A stretch of DNA of 64,000 nt from an uncultured Thermoleophilia bacterium. Its GTDB lineage: Bacteria; Actinomycetota; Thermoleophilia; UBA2241. Below the pieces are notes generated by a model. That model did no database searches. It worked only from the letters and a program-made list of their open reading frames with translations, and had not been told where the DNA came from. This document shows, in pieces, positions 19,529-28,148 of this stretch. The stretch is taken from contig CAWEHE010000011.1 of the NCBI GenBank assembly GCA_963808735.1, positions 105,607 through 169,606 of the forward strand, read 5' to 3'. The translations under genes and the position numbers were made by a program. The first letter of the stretch is position 1. Each line of letters starts with the position of its first letter.

Positions 19529-20512
19529 TCAGCTGTAGCGGTCGACGACCTGCGCCGCCACCTGCGCGAGCAGCTCACGCTCGACGGTGTCTGGGCAGGC
19601 ATCGAGGACCGACCTGGCATCTCCAATGTACCGCAAAGCGTCGCGGCGGGCACGCTCGAGCGCGCCGCTCTCCGCGACGGCGCCGAGGACGGAGGCGACC
19701 GCGGCATCCTCCGCTCCCGGACTCCCCAGGATCGGAGCGAGGTCAGGCCGGGCCTCGAGGGCGTAGATCAGCGGCAGAGTGACCGTGCCGTCGCGGACGT
19801 CGGTGCCGGGTCGCTTGCCCGTGGCGGCCTCGTCCCCGCTGCAATCGAGGATGTCGTCGAAGACCTGGAAGGCGATGCCGATGAGGCGGCCGTACTCGCC
19901 GACGGCGCCGGCCGCATCGTCCCCGGCGCCCGAGAGCAGGGCGCCGAGCGAGCACGCGGCAGAGAAGAGATCTGCGGTCTTGCGCTCGCAGCGGCGCACG
20001 TACGCGTCCACGCCGACGCCGACGTCGTAGGCTTCGGCGCGCTGCAGGACCTCGCCCTCGCTGAGCCCGACGGCGGTGGCGCTCAGCAGGTCGACGGCCG
20101 CAGGGACGCCCGCGCCGACCAGCTCGGAGAAGGCGCGGGCCAGCAGGTAGTTGCCGGCGGACACCGCCGTGGCGGCGCCGTACTGATGCGCCACCGTGGG
20201 ACGGCCGCGACGGAGCTCGGCCCGGTCGAGGACGTCGTCGTGGACGAGCGTCGCCATGTGGAGGAGTTCGACCGCGGCCGCGGCCCGCAGCACCGGCTCG
20301 CCCGCCGCCTGGCCGCGGCGGGCGCAGAGCAGCGTGAGGAGCGGCCGCACCCGTTTGCCTCCCGCAGACAGCGTCGCCCGGCAGGCGTCGCCGAGGTCGT
20401 CGGGGTACTCCGATGCGACCGTTGTGAGACGCTCCTCGACCAGCTCGAGGCCGCGCGCAAGGCGCCGCTTCTGCGCGGCCGAATGCCATGTCAGCGATGG
20501 TCTGGGGCTCAC
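19529..20512 (-). CDS. Polyprenyl (hepta/octaprenyl) diphosphate synthase
   Basis: GGKRVRP, ELLHMATLVHDDVLD..LRRG, KTADLF, FQVFDDILD. Confidence 0.92.
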   Translation of the reverse strand: MSPRPSLTWHSAAQKRRLARGLELVEERLTTVASEYPDDLGDACRATLSAGGKRVRPLLTLLCARRGQAAGEPVLRAAAAVELLHMATLVHDDVLDRAELRRGRPTVAHQYGAATAVSAGNYLLARAFSELVGAGVPAAVDLLSATAVGLSEGEVLQRAEAYDVGVGVDAYVRRCERKTADLFSAACSLGALLSGAGDDAAGAVGEYGRLIGIAFQVFDDILDCSGDEAATGKRPGTDVRDGTVTLPLIYALEARPDLAPILGSPGAEDAAVASVLGAVAESGALERARRDALRYIGDARSVLDACPDTVERELLAQVAAQVVDRYS

Positions 20513-21285
20513 GCCGGCACCTCACCCACGTGGAGAGCCACGGCACCGAAACCGAGGCGCCGGTAGCGCACGTTCACCAGCCCGGCGCCGGCCATGATGG
20601 CGGCGAGTCCGTCTGCCCGCGGGAAGGCCGCCACCGACGCGGGCAGATAGGCATAGGCCGAGGGGTCGCCGGTGACGACCCGGCCCAGGATCGGCACGAC
20701 GCGGCCGAGCCAGAGGTCGTGGAAGCGCCTGCCCGGCCCGTCCGGCGCCTGGGTCGACTCGAGGCAGACGACGCGGCCGCCGGGGCGCGTGACCCGCGCC
20801 ATCTCGCGGAAGGCGCGGGGCACGTCCGGCACGTTGCGCACCCCCCAGCCGACGGTGACGGCGGCGAACTCGCCGTCGGAGAAGGGCAGCGAAAGCAGGT
20901 CCCCGGCGACGAAGGCGTGCGGTACGGGCAGGCCGCGGCGCTCGCGAGACGCGGCCTTCTCCCGCGCCCTTACGATCATGGCCGGCGTGAAGTCGAGCCC
21001 CGTGACGCGACAGCCCGGGCACGCGTCCACAAGGCCGAAGGTGAGGTCGCCGGTACCGCAGCATGCATCCAGGGCCTGGTCGCCCGGAGCGAGTGCAGCT
21101 TCGCCGGCAGCCATCCTCCTCCAGCGGCCGTCGAGGCCGACGGTCATGATGCGGTTCATGAGGTCGTAGCGCGGCGCGATGCCGCCGAACATGGCCTCGA
21201 TCCGCGAGGGGTCGCGATCGATCGGGAGGTCATCGGACGCGCGCGCGGGCCGGCCGGACGTCGTCAGCGCCGGCCCCCGTCCCAC
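20509..21285 (-). CDS. ubiE: Demethylmenaquinone methyltransferase (UbiE/MenG)
   Basis: MFGGIAPRYDLMNRIM, LDACCGTGD, WGVRNV, RVTRPGG, AYAYLPASV. Exact start uncertain. Confidence 0.92.
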   Translation of the reverse strand: MGRGPALTTSGRPARASDDLPIDRDPSRIEAMFGGIAPRYDLMNRIMTVGLDGRWRRMAAGEAALAPGDQALDACCGTGDLTFGLVDACPGCRVTGLDFTPAMIVRAREKAASRERRGLPVPHAFVAGDLLSLPFSDGEFAAVTVGWGVRNVPDVPRAFREMARVTRPGGRVVCLESTQAPDGPGRRFHDLWLGRVVPILGRVVTGDPSAYAYLPASVAAFPRADGLAAIMAGAGLVNVRYRRLGFGAVALHVGEVPA

Positions 21286-21875
21286 GGCGGGAACAGATCC
21301 TGCTCGAAGCCGAGGGCGCTCATCACCTTGCCGGCGACGTGATCGACGACGTCCTCCAGCGACCGCGGCCGCGAGTAGAAGCCGGGCATCGCCGGCATGA
21401 CGACGGCGCCGGCCTCCGCCAGCTCGAGCAGCCGGCGCAGGTGGATCTGCGTGAGCGGCGTCTCGCGCGGGACCACGACGAGCGGCCGCCGCTCCTTGAG
21501 GGCGACGTCGGCGGCGCGATGCATGAGCGTGCGCGTCGTGCCGAGGGCGATGTGCGCCGCCGTCGACATCGAACAGGGGCAGATGACGACGGCGTCGGGG
21601 GCGCTGCTTCCGCTGGCGGGAAGCGCCCCCAGGTCGTCCGGCAAGAAGACGTCCGCCGTCACGCCGGTCCGCTCGAGGAACGCCGCCGTGACCGCGTCGC
21701 GCCCGGCGGCGTCCAGCTCGAGCTCGTGCTCGAGCACGAGGACGCCGCTCTCGGAGATGCTGAGCTGGAGCGCGCAGCCGGCCGCCGCCAGCGCCTGTAC
21801 CAGCCGCGCGGCGTAGGGCGCGCCGCTCGCGCCGCTGACGCCGACGAAAACGCTCTGTGGTGGTCTACCGGTCAT
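21264..21875 (-). CDS. ubiX: Flavin prenyltransferase
   Basis: VGVSGASGAPY, ASGS, PCSMST, RAADVALKERR, PRETP, MPAMPGFY. Confidence 0.95.
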   Translation of the reverse strand: MTGRPPQSVFVGVSGASGAPYAARLVQALAAAGCALQLSISESGVLVLEHELELDAAGRDAVTAAFLERTGVTADVFLPDDLGALPASGSSAPDAVVICPCSMSTAAHIALGTTRTLMHRAADVALKERRPLVVVPRETPLTQIHLRRLLELAEAGAVVMPAMPGFYSRPRSLEDVVDHVAGKVMSALGFEQDLFPPWDGGRR

Positions 21876-21911
21876 GCGTGATGCTCCCCGAGTGGGGTGG
21901 CTCGGCGCGGG

Positions 21912-23120
21912 CTAGTTGATCGAGCCGGCGTGGCACTGGCCACCGTAGCAGCCATTGGGCCCGGTGCCGCCGTTGCCGTGGCACTTCATGCACACGCTGC
22001 CCTGGTTGTACGTGTAGTTCGGATGATCGCCGATGAAGGCGCTGCTGTGGGGCAGCTCGACGCCGTGGCAACCCACGCAGAAGGAGTTGCTGTGGCACTT
22101 GCTGCACAGGCCGGGCGAGCTCAGGGCCGTGCTCGGGTGCGTGGAGAGCCAGCCGGACGGATGCGGCATCTGCAGGCCGTGGCACTTGATGCAGCTGTCC
22201 TGCCCGTGGCACTTGACGCACTTCTCCCGATTCTTCTGACTCGCCTGGGAGTAAGCGCCGTGGCTCGACAGCCAGCTGCCCGGATGCGGCATCACGAGCC
22301 CGTGGCAGTCGATGCAGAACGTCGGGTCGTCCTTGAGGTGGCAGGAGACGCAGATGCTCTTGCCGCGGTCGACGACGATCGGGCCGTGGCTCTTCATCCA
22401 ACCCTCGGGATGCGGCATGTCGAGCCCGTGATGGCAGTCGGCGCAGATCGTTCCGGTCTTGTGGCATCCCTGACACTGTGACGGGGTCACCTTCCCCGTG
22501 ATCGGGACGTTGATCTCCTCCGGAGGCGCGCCCCCGACGTGGCAGATGTCGCAGTCGTCCGGCAGCCGCTTGCCGTCGTGGCAGCGCGCGCAGATCGGCA
22601 TCTTGTTCTGCGAGACGCGGGCGACCTCGAGCTGCGTTCCGGGGTGGCTGATATTGGCGTGGCAGGCCGTGCACTGATAACCGGCTTCCCGGAGACCCGT
22701 GTGGTTCACGCGGATGTTGTTGTAGACCTGGTCGCGCTCGATCTGGGACTTGGGGTGGCACTGGACGCAGTTGGCGGTGCCCACGGCGGTGGTGATGGGG
22801 CGCTGGTACGTGTCGGACACGTAGAGGATGAGGTTCGTGACGCCCTGGAGGTTCCTGATGAGGTAGTTGAAGACGCCGGGCTTGGTGTGGCACTTCTGGC
22901 AGCCGACGCCGGCGCGATAGTGAGGCGACTGCTTGTACGTTTCCACCTCGGGCTGGATGACGTGGCAGACCTCGCAGGCCGCGATGCTGTTGACTGCCGA
23001 GAAGGCGATGACGGCCGCGACGAAGACGACCCCGAGGGCGGCGAGGACGCCGATCAGCCACGACCTCGGCACCCTGCCCTCGAGGAGCACGCGGCTCTTG
23101 GGGGTCCTGTTTCTGGGCAC
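21912..23120 (-). CDS. NapC/NrfH-like membrane-anchored multihaem cytochrome c (15 CxxCH plus a C-terminal CX4CH)
   Basis: One N-terminal TM, CEVCH...SPH..VGCQKCH core, repeated MPHPxxWxxxH-dihaem units, terminal CYGGQCH. Manual count. Confidence 0.9.
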   Translation of the reverse strand: MPRNRTPKSRVLLEGRVPRSWLIGVLAALGVVFVAAVIAFSAVNSIAACEVCHVIQPEVETYKQSPHYRAGVGCQKCHTKPGVFNYLIRNLQGVTNLILYVSDTYQRPITTAVGTANCVQCHPKSQIERDQVYNNIRVNHTGLREAGYQCTACHANISHPGTQLEVARVSQNKMPICARCHDGKRLPDDCDICHVGGAPPEEINVPITGKVTPSQCQGCHKTGTICADCHHGLDMPHPEGWMKSHGPIVVDRGKSICVSCHLKDDPTFCIDCHGLVMPHPGSWLSSHGAYSQASQKNREKCVKCHGQDSCIKCHGLQMPHPSGWLSTHPSTALSSPGLCSKCHSNSFCVGCHGVELPHSSAFIGDHPNYTYNQGSVCMKCHGNGGTGPNGCYGGQCHAGSIN

Positions 23121-23123
23121 GGT

Positions 23124-24164
23124 CTACTCGCTCCCCGGTACCGGCGTCACCGTGGGCGTCACGCGCGGGGACGGGGTGTAGTCGACACCGTCGAACAGGC
23201 TGTGCGCCCGCGGGTCGCCCGAGGCATGCTGCTCGTGACAGGCCTGGCAGTTGTCCAGCACGTGACAGTTGAAGCACGTCGGAGCGCCGGCGCGAGCCGC
23301 GGCGGCCGGATGGCTGGAGACGAAGTCCTCCGGATGTGGCATGGGCACCTGGTGACAGGTCTTGCAGTACTCCTTGACGTTGTGGCACTGGGCGCACGTT
23401 TGCCGCCCCTTGGCCTCGGCGGACTTGCCGTGCGCGTAGAGCCACGCGTCGGGGTGCGGCATGAGGATATCGCTGTGGCACTTGCTGCAGGCGTCCTTCT
23501 CGACGTGGCAGGCGCTGCAGGTGGAGAGCACGCCGACGGCGCCGTGCCGCGTGCTCCAGTCCGACTCCTGGTGCGAGGAGGGGACGGCCCCGTAGCCGCG
23601 CTTGACGTGGCACAGGTCGCAGCGCGACGTGGCCACCGTCCCGTCGGGGGCGCGATACTCGTTGTTGTGGCAGATGAGGCACTGCTCCATGACCGGATAC
23701 GTGCGCGATCCCGGGGGAATGGCGAGTCCGTGCGCGGTGGTGGAGTGGCAGCGCTGACAGAGGAAGCCCGCCTCGATGAGGTGCTGGTGGTCCACGCGGA
23801 TCCCGTTCCTGGTGACGGGCTTGAAGAGCGTGTCGTTGGTGTGGCAGCGCCGGCACGACTGGTTGAGCACATAGCCGAGGATGGGCTTTTCGTAGTCGCC
23901 CGTGATCTGCGCGATCGGCTGCTGCAGGGCTTCGAGCTTGGAGGTGAGGAAGAAGAACGGTCCCGGTTTGGTGTGGCACTGCTCGCAGTTCACGCCGTCA
24001 TGGGCCGACAGCCTCCACTCGTCGACATAGGGGACGTGGCTCTTGCAGGCCGCGCAGAAACGCGGCGAGGACGTCGCGGCGAGAGCGACCCCGATGAACA
24101 CCACGAGGGCAGTGATCCCGATCGCTGCGACGGTGACGCCGCGAGACGTGAGCCGGAAGTTCAA
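23124..24164 (-). CDS. NapC/NrfH-like multihaem cytochrome c (CxxCK plus 11 CxxCH)
   Basis: N-terminal TM, FCAACKSH...W..SAHDGVNCEQCH, followed by dihaem repeats. Confidence 0.9.
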   Translation of the reverse strand: MNFRLTSRGVTVAAIGITALVVFIGVALAATSSPRFCAACKSHVPYVDEWRLSAHDGVNCEQCHTKPGPFFFLTSKLEALQQPIAQITGDYEKPILGYVLNQSCRRCHTNDTLFKPVTRNGIRVDHQHLIEAGFLCQRCHSTTAHGLAIPPGSRTYPVMEQCLICHNNEYRAPDGTVATSRCDLCHVKRGYGAVPSSHQESDWSTRHGAVGVLSTCSACHVEKDACSKCHSDILMPHPDAWLYAHGKSAEAKGRQTCAQCHNVKEYCKTCHQVPMPHPEDFVSSHPAAAARAGAPTCFNCHVLDNCQACHEQHASGDPRAHSLFDGVDYTPSPRVTPTVTPVPGSE

Positions 24165-24173
24165 CGGCAGGTC

Positions 24174-25112
24174 TCAGTTGACGGCGCTGGGCCGCGTGTT
24201 GTGGACGGCCCTGCGGTGACACAGTGTGCACTGATAGCCGTCGTCGTGCCGAAGGGCCACGCTATGACACTGCGTGCACGCCGACTTGCCGGGCGTGCCC
24301 TGGGCGCCGTGGAACTTGCGGGTGTGGCAAGTTCGGCAGTTCCTGACCCTCTTGCTGACCGCGCTGGCGTGCAGCTTCTGCGAGTGGCACGACCCGCACA
24401 CACGTTTCTTGCTGATGGACTTCGCATGCTGCGCCGCCGTCGCCGGCCCGCTGCCCGTGCCCTTGTGGCAGGTCGCGCACTTGCTTTGCGCGACCGCCCT
24501 GCCGGCGTGCCTCTTGGCGTGGCAGGCGCGACAGTTCTTGAAGCCCGGGCTGGTCGCCGTGTAGAGGTGGAACGCCTCGGCGGTCGTGTGGCACTTGGTG
24601 CACTGGACCTTGTTGGCGTGCTGCTGGTAGCCGGAGTGGCACGCCGCGCAGTCGTTGAATCCGGTCGCCTGCCCGCTGTGATGCGGGCTCGACCCGGGAT
24701 CGAAGATGCTGACGCTGGTCGCGTGACAGGCGGTGCAGGCGGAGCTCGAGCCCAGGTGCGGGTTGGCGCCGTGGGTGCTCGGGATCGTGTACGCCTTCTG
24801 GGCAGCGTTCCAGAGGTGGCACTCCTGGCTGCAGGCCGTACCGGGCGTGGAGAGGGTCGACGTGTCCTGGCCGGGGTAATGACAGGTCCAGCAGGTGTCG
24901 TCCGGGTAGCTCACAAACCCCGGGTGGCACGACGTGCACGTCGCATCGGTCGGCTTGCCGTTGTCGTGACAGACACAGCCGGTCGCGCCGTCGTGCTGCC
25001 ACTGATCGAAGGCGCCGGCAGGCGAGGCTGCGAGCGCGAGAGCCAGCACGCTGGCTGCGAGCAGCGTCACAGCCATCGCCGCGACCGTCGCCCAACGACC
25101 CTTTCCGCTCAC
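24174..25112 (-). CDS. Secreted haem-dense multihaem cytochrome c (11 CxxCH plus CxCH and CX3CH)
   Basis: Signal peptide ending PAGA, no TM anchor seen. Start GTG 25112 after AAGGGAG. Confidence 0.85.
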   Translation of the reverse strand: MSGKGRWATVAAMAVTLLAASVLALALAASPAGAFDQWQHDGATGCVCHDNGKPTDATCTSCHPGFVSYPDDTCWTCHYPGQDTSTLSTPGTACSQECHLWNAAQKAYTIPSTHGANPHLGSSSACTACHATSVSIFDPGSSPHHSGQATGFNDCAACHSGYQQHANKVQCTKCHTTAEAFHLYTATSPGFKNCRACHAKRHAGRAVAQSKCATCHKGTGSGPATAAQHAKSISKKRVCGSCHSQKLHASAVSKRVRNCRTCHTRKFHGAQGTPGKSACTQCHSVALRHDDGYQCTLCHRRAVHNTRPSAVN

Positions 25113-25246
25113 GCTGACTCCCTTCCCCAGTCCGGGCGCCGCGCTCCACAGCTCGGCCGCCGGGCACACTCCCCCACGAGGCTATCGCCGTCTTGCCGGC
25201 GAGCCCCCTCGTCGCGACCTACCGCGACGAGCCCCACACGCATTCG

Positions 25247-25277
25247 AGTCTACCAGTGATTGTGAAGCGGTTCACCC
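25247..25277 (-). promoter_or_regulatory. Rex operator overlapping an internal promoter
   Basis: TTGTGAA-GCGG-TTCACCC (25260-25277) versus consensus TTGTGAA-N4-TTCACAA. Extended -10 TGGTAGACT at 25255-25247; rex is in the same cluster. Confidence 0.75.
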
Positions 25278-26201
25278 TCAAAAAGAGCTGAGCCAGTAGT
25301 AGGTGACCCAGACGACGAAGAGGGTGAAGACCGCCCACAAGAACAGCGCCGCGCCGGTGATGATCCACCACAGCACGTTCTCGAACTTCATGCGCCTCGG
25401 GCTCAGCGGCGCGATGAGCACCTCGTCCAGCGTGCCCTCCCGCACGCGACGCTCATACTCGAGCGGCCGCTCGTGGGCGTACTCCTCGAGCGGCAGGCCG
25501 CCGTTGTACATCGCCTTGTCCATCGGGAACGCCTCCGGCCGCAGGTGGGCGTGGAAGAAGTGCCAGAACACGACGACGAAGCCCATCGCCAGGAGAGCCC
25601 CGCCCGAGTGGTTGACGAGGGCGAAGTTGATCACGATGCCGGGCAGGTACCGCGCCGCGACCTCCGGGTACCAGAGGATGGCCCCGGTGACGCACATGAT
25701 GGTGACGCCGGCGGACGCCGCCCAGAACTCGCCCTTCTCGTAGTAGGCGTAGCGGTCGAGTTCCAGCCTCGGGCGAGGAGTCGCACCCACGAACCAGCCC
25801 ACCATGGCCTTCAGGTCCCGGTAGTCCTGCCGGTTGGGGACCATGGTGCCGGGGCCCCAGAAACGTCCCTTGGACCTGATGAGGATGACGCCGAAGTAGC
25901 CCAGCATGCAGATGACGCACGTGACCATGATCATCGCCGCGAAGCGGTGGATCATGCCGGCGTTCTGCACGCCGCCGATGATGCCCATCCACCGCTGCGC
26001 CCACGCCTGGTCGCTGTACTTCAGAGGCATGCCCGTCAGCACCAGGATGGAGAAGCTGATCATGATGAAGAAGTGCACCCAGCGCTGAAAACCCGTGAAG
26101 CGGCGGAAGTGGGTGCGCGCCCCGACCGCGGCCGGGGTCGCTCTCGCCGCCGGCTCCTGGACCACGGCTTCGTTGCGGATACCGCTGTCGGCGCTAGCCA
26201 C
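25278..26201 (-). CDS. Dihaem cytochrome b membrane subunit (FdnI/CbcL b-domain-like)
   Basis: RRFTGFQRWVH...LVLTGMPLKY...IHRFAA...RYAYYEKGEFWA...HFFHAHLRPEAFPMD, about 5 TM. Confidence 0.9.
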   Translation of the reverse strand: MASADSGIRNEAVVQEPAARATPAAVGARTHFRRFTGFQRWVHFFIMISFSILVLTGMPLKYSDQAWAQRWMGIIGGVQNAGMIHRFAAMIMVTCVICMLGYFGVILIRSKGRFWGPGTMVPNRQDYRDLKAMVGWFVGATPRPRLELDRYAYYEKGEFWAASAGVTIMCVTGAILWYPEVAARYLPGIVINFALVNHSGGALLAMGFVVVFWHFFHAHLRPEAFPMDKAMYNGGLPLEEYAHERPLEYERRVREGTLDEVLIAPLSPRRMKFENVLWWIITGAALFLWAVFTLFVVWVTYYWLSSF

Positions 26202-27057
26202 GGTGGTACATTCCCTCCCTCAGGCCTCTGTAGAAGTACATGAAGCAGTGCAGCCCTCCAAGTGTGAAGAGCACGCCGATGAGGACGGCGTGGTTCATCT
26301 CCATCAGCCACACCCACAGCGATGAGTGGGGCGTGCTGCGGTCGACGTGCACGAGGAAGCTGGCGAACCTGGAGTTCGCGTTCTCGTGGCACTTGCCGCA
26401 GGTCGCCACGACGTTCTGCGAGGACACCATGCTGTGGGGGTCCGACTTCGGCAGGATCTCGTGCGAGCCGTGACAGTCGGTACACACCGCACGCGAGAGG
26501 TTGCCCATGCGCACGGACTTGCCGTGATACGTGTCCAGGTAGGTCTCCGACTTCTCGCCGTGGCAGCGTCCGCACACCTCGGGGATCGTCTCTCTGAACT
26601 CGGCCGACTTGGGGTCCACGATGCCGTGTGAGCCGTGGCAGTCGCCGCAGGCGGGCGCCTCCTCGGAACCTTCGTTCATCACGAGATTGCCGTGGAAGGA
26701 CTTGTCGTACATCTGGAACTCACTGGCGTGGCAGTCGCTGCAGGCGGTGAGCTTGGCCTGCTTGTACCACCCCTGGGTCTCCTCCGGCGTGTGCTCGCGC
26801 GGCTGGAACCCCGCGTGGCAGGCGGTGCAGTCCAGCCGGGAATGCATCGAGGAGTGCCAGGCGTCCTCGGAGACGGTCAGGCTCTTCTCGACGCCGTTGA
26901 CGTTCACGGTGCCGAGGCCCGGCTTGGCGTGACACTCGAGACACTGGTCGCTGGCGCCGCTGGGAATGGTGAACGTGACCGCGCCCGCCGGCGCCGCGGC
27001 GGCGGCCAGCAGGCAGGCCGCGCCAAGAACGACGAGGATGGCGCGACGGAGACTCAC
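26194..27057 (-). CDS. Heptahaem cytochrome c with a C-terminal TM (CbcL c-domain-like)
   Basis: Signal peptide, 7 CxxCH, TCGKCHENAN, C-terminal TM containing His. Confidence 0.9.
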   Translation of the reverse strand: MSLRRAILVVLGAACLLAAAAAPAGAVTFTIPSGASDQCLECHAKPGLGTVNVNGVEKSLTVSEDAWHSSMHSRLDCTACHAGFQPREHTPEETQGWYKQAKLTACSDCHASEFQMYDKSFHGNLVMNEGSEEAPACGDCHGSHGIVDPKSAEFRETIPEVCGRCHGEKSETYLDTYHGKSVRMGNLSRAVCTDCHGSHEILPKSDPHSMVSSQNVVATCGKCHENANSRFASFLVHVDRSTPHSSLWVWLMEMNHAVLIGVLFTLGGLHCFMYFYRGLREGMYHRG

Positions 27058-28016
27058 TGGGTGGTCACTCCCTCAGCGCGGTGGCACTCCACGCACATCT
27101 GCTCCGGGTGACACACGAGGCACGACCGGTCGCCCTTGGCCGCCACCGGCGCGTGCGACGTCGCCCAGTCGGCGGGGTGATCGACCGTGTGACACTGGTT
27201 GCAGAGCTGTTCCTCCGTGTGGCAGCCCAGACACCGCGTGCGGTCCTTCTTGGCCTGCTGGCCGTGCGCGTAGGGCCAGTTCCCCGAGTAGTGACCGGGC
27301 GTCGGCTTCTCGTGACAGCCGTCGCAGAACTGCTCCTTGTTGTGGTGACAGCGGACGCAGTCCTGCTCGTTGGCCAGTGCCAGCTTGCCGTGCTCCTGGA
27401 GGAAGTCCGTCGGGTGGGATGTGCCTCCCTCGGGCGGCGTGTAGTGACAGAAGTCGCAGCCGGCGGGGTCGCTGGTCTGCTCGTGACACATGGTGCAGGG
27501 AGCCATGCTGACCGCGCTGCTCTGCCCGGGAGCCGCGTGCGCCGTGTGGTCATGGCAGTCGATGCACTCGAGGTTGTTCTGGTTGATGTGCTTGGCGTGG
27601 GGCATACGGATCTTGCCCGGGATGCCCATGAGACCCTTGAGCGGATGACACTCGATGCAGTTCGCGGTGGCCGGAGGTGCTTGCCGGTCCTTCGGGGGGT
27701 GCATGTTGAGGTATTCCAGCCAGATGTTCCGCGCCTCCTTGGTGCGCCACCTGAGCGAGGCCATCACGCCCGGCGGAACGTGGCACTCGGCGCAGGGGAC
27801 CGAGGAGTGAGCGCTGCGCTGCCAGCTGCGGTACGCCTGCTTCATGGAGTGGCAGCTGCCGCAGTACGACGAAGACGAGGTGGCCACGACGGGCACGAGC
27901 AGGCCGATGACGATCACGCAGGCGACCGCCACCAGCGCGATGATCGCGAACCAGCGGGAGCGGCGTCGCGGCTCCCCGTCTACCTGCTGTGGCTCCTGGA
28001 CGTCGCCGTCACTCAC
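27054..28016 (-). CDS. NapC/NrfH-like dodecahaem cytochrome c
   Basis: TM anchor, YCGSCHSMK (CxxCHxM), SAHSSVPCAECH; 12 CxxCH. Start GTG 28016 after AGGGGG. Confidence 0.9.
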   Translation of the reverse strand: MSDGDVQEPQQVDGEPRRRSRWFAIIALVAVACVIVIGLLVPVVATSSSSYCGSCHSMKQAYRSWQRSAHSSVPCAECHVPPGVMASLRWRTKEARNIWLEYLNMHPPKDRQAPPATANCIECHPLKGLMGIPGKIRMPHAKHINQNNLECIDCHDHTAHAAPGQSSAVSMAPCTMCHEQTSDPAGCDFCHYTPPEGGTSHPTDFLQEHGKLALANEQDCVRCHHNKEQFCDGCHEKPTPGHYSGNWPYAHGQQAKKDRTRCLGCHTEEQLCNQCHTVDHPADWATSHAPVAAKGDRSCLVCHPEQMCVECHRAEGVTTQ

Positions 28017-28101
28017 CTGTGCGTCCCCCTGGGAGTGCGTGATGGTGGCCGGTGCGTCCACGAGATTGCGAGAGCGGATGCCGGACGCTTCGGCGGCGGT
28101 C

Positions 28102-28110
28102 ATTGTACCA
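28102..28110 (-). promoter_or_regulatory. Extended -10 promoter element for cytochrome module 2
   Basis: TGGTACAAT on the minus strand; an identical element precedes module 1. Confidence 0.55.
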
Positions 28111-28148
28111 CACGGGGTATACGAGAGAGGCCGGTAGCGGCACTCGAT

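Noticed and set aside
28017-28103. ATG 28103 as the start of the dodecahaem gene
   Set aside because: This ATG overlaps the TGGTACAAT promoter element and lacks an RBS. GTG 28016 has one and matches the paralogue length.
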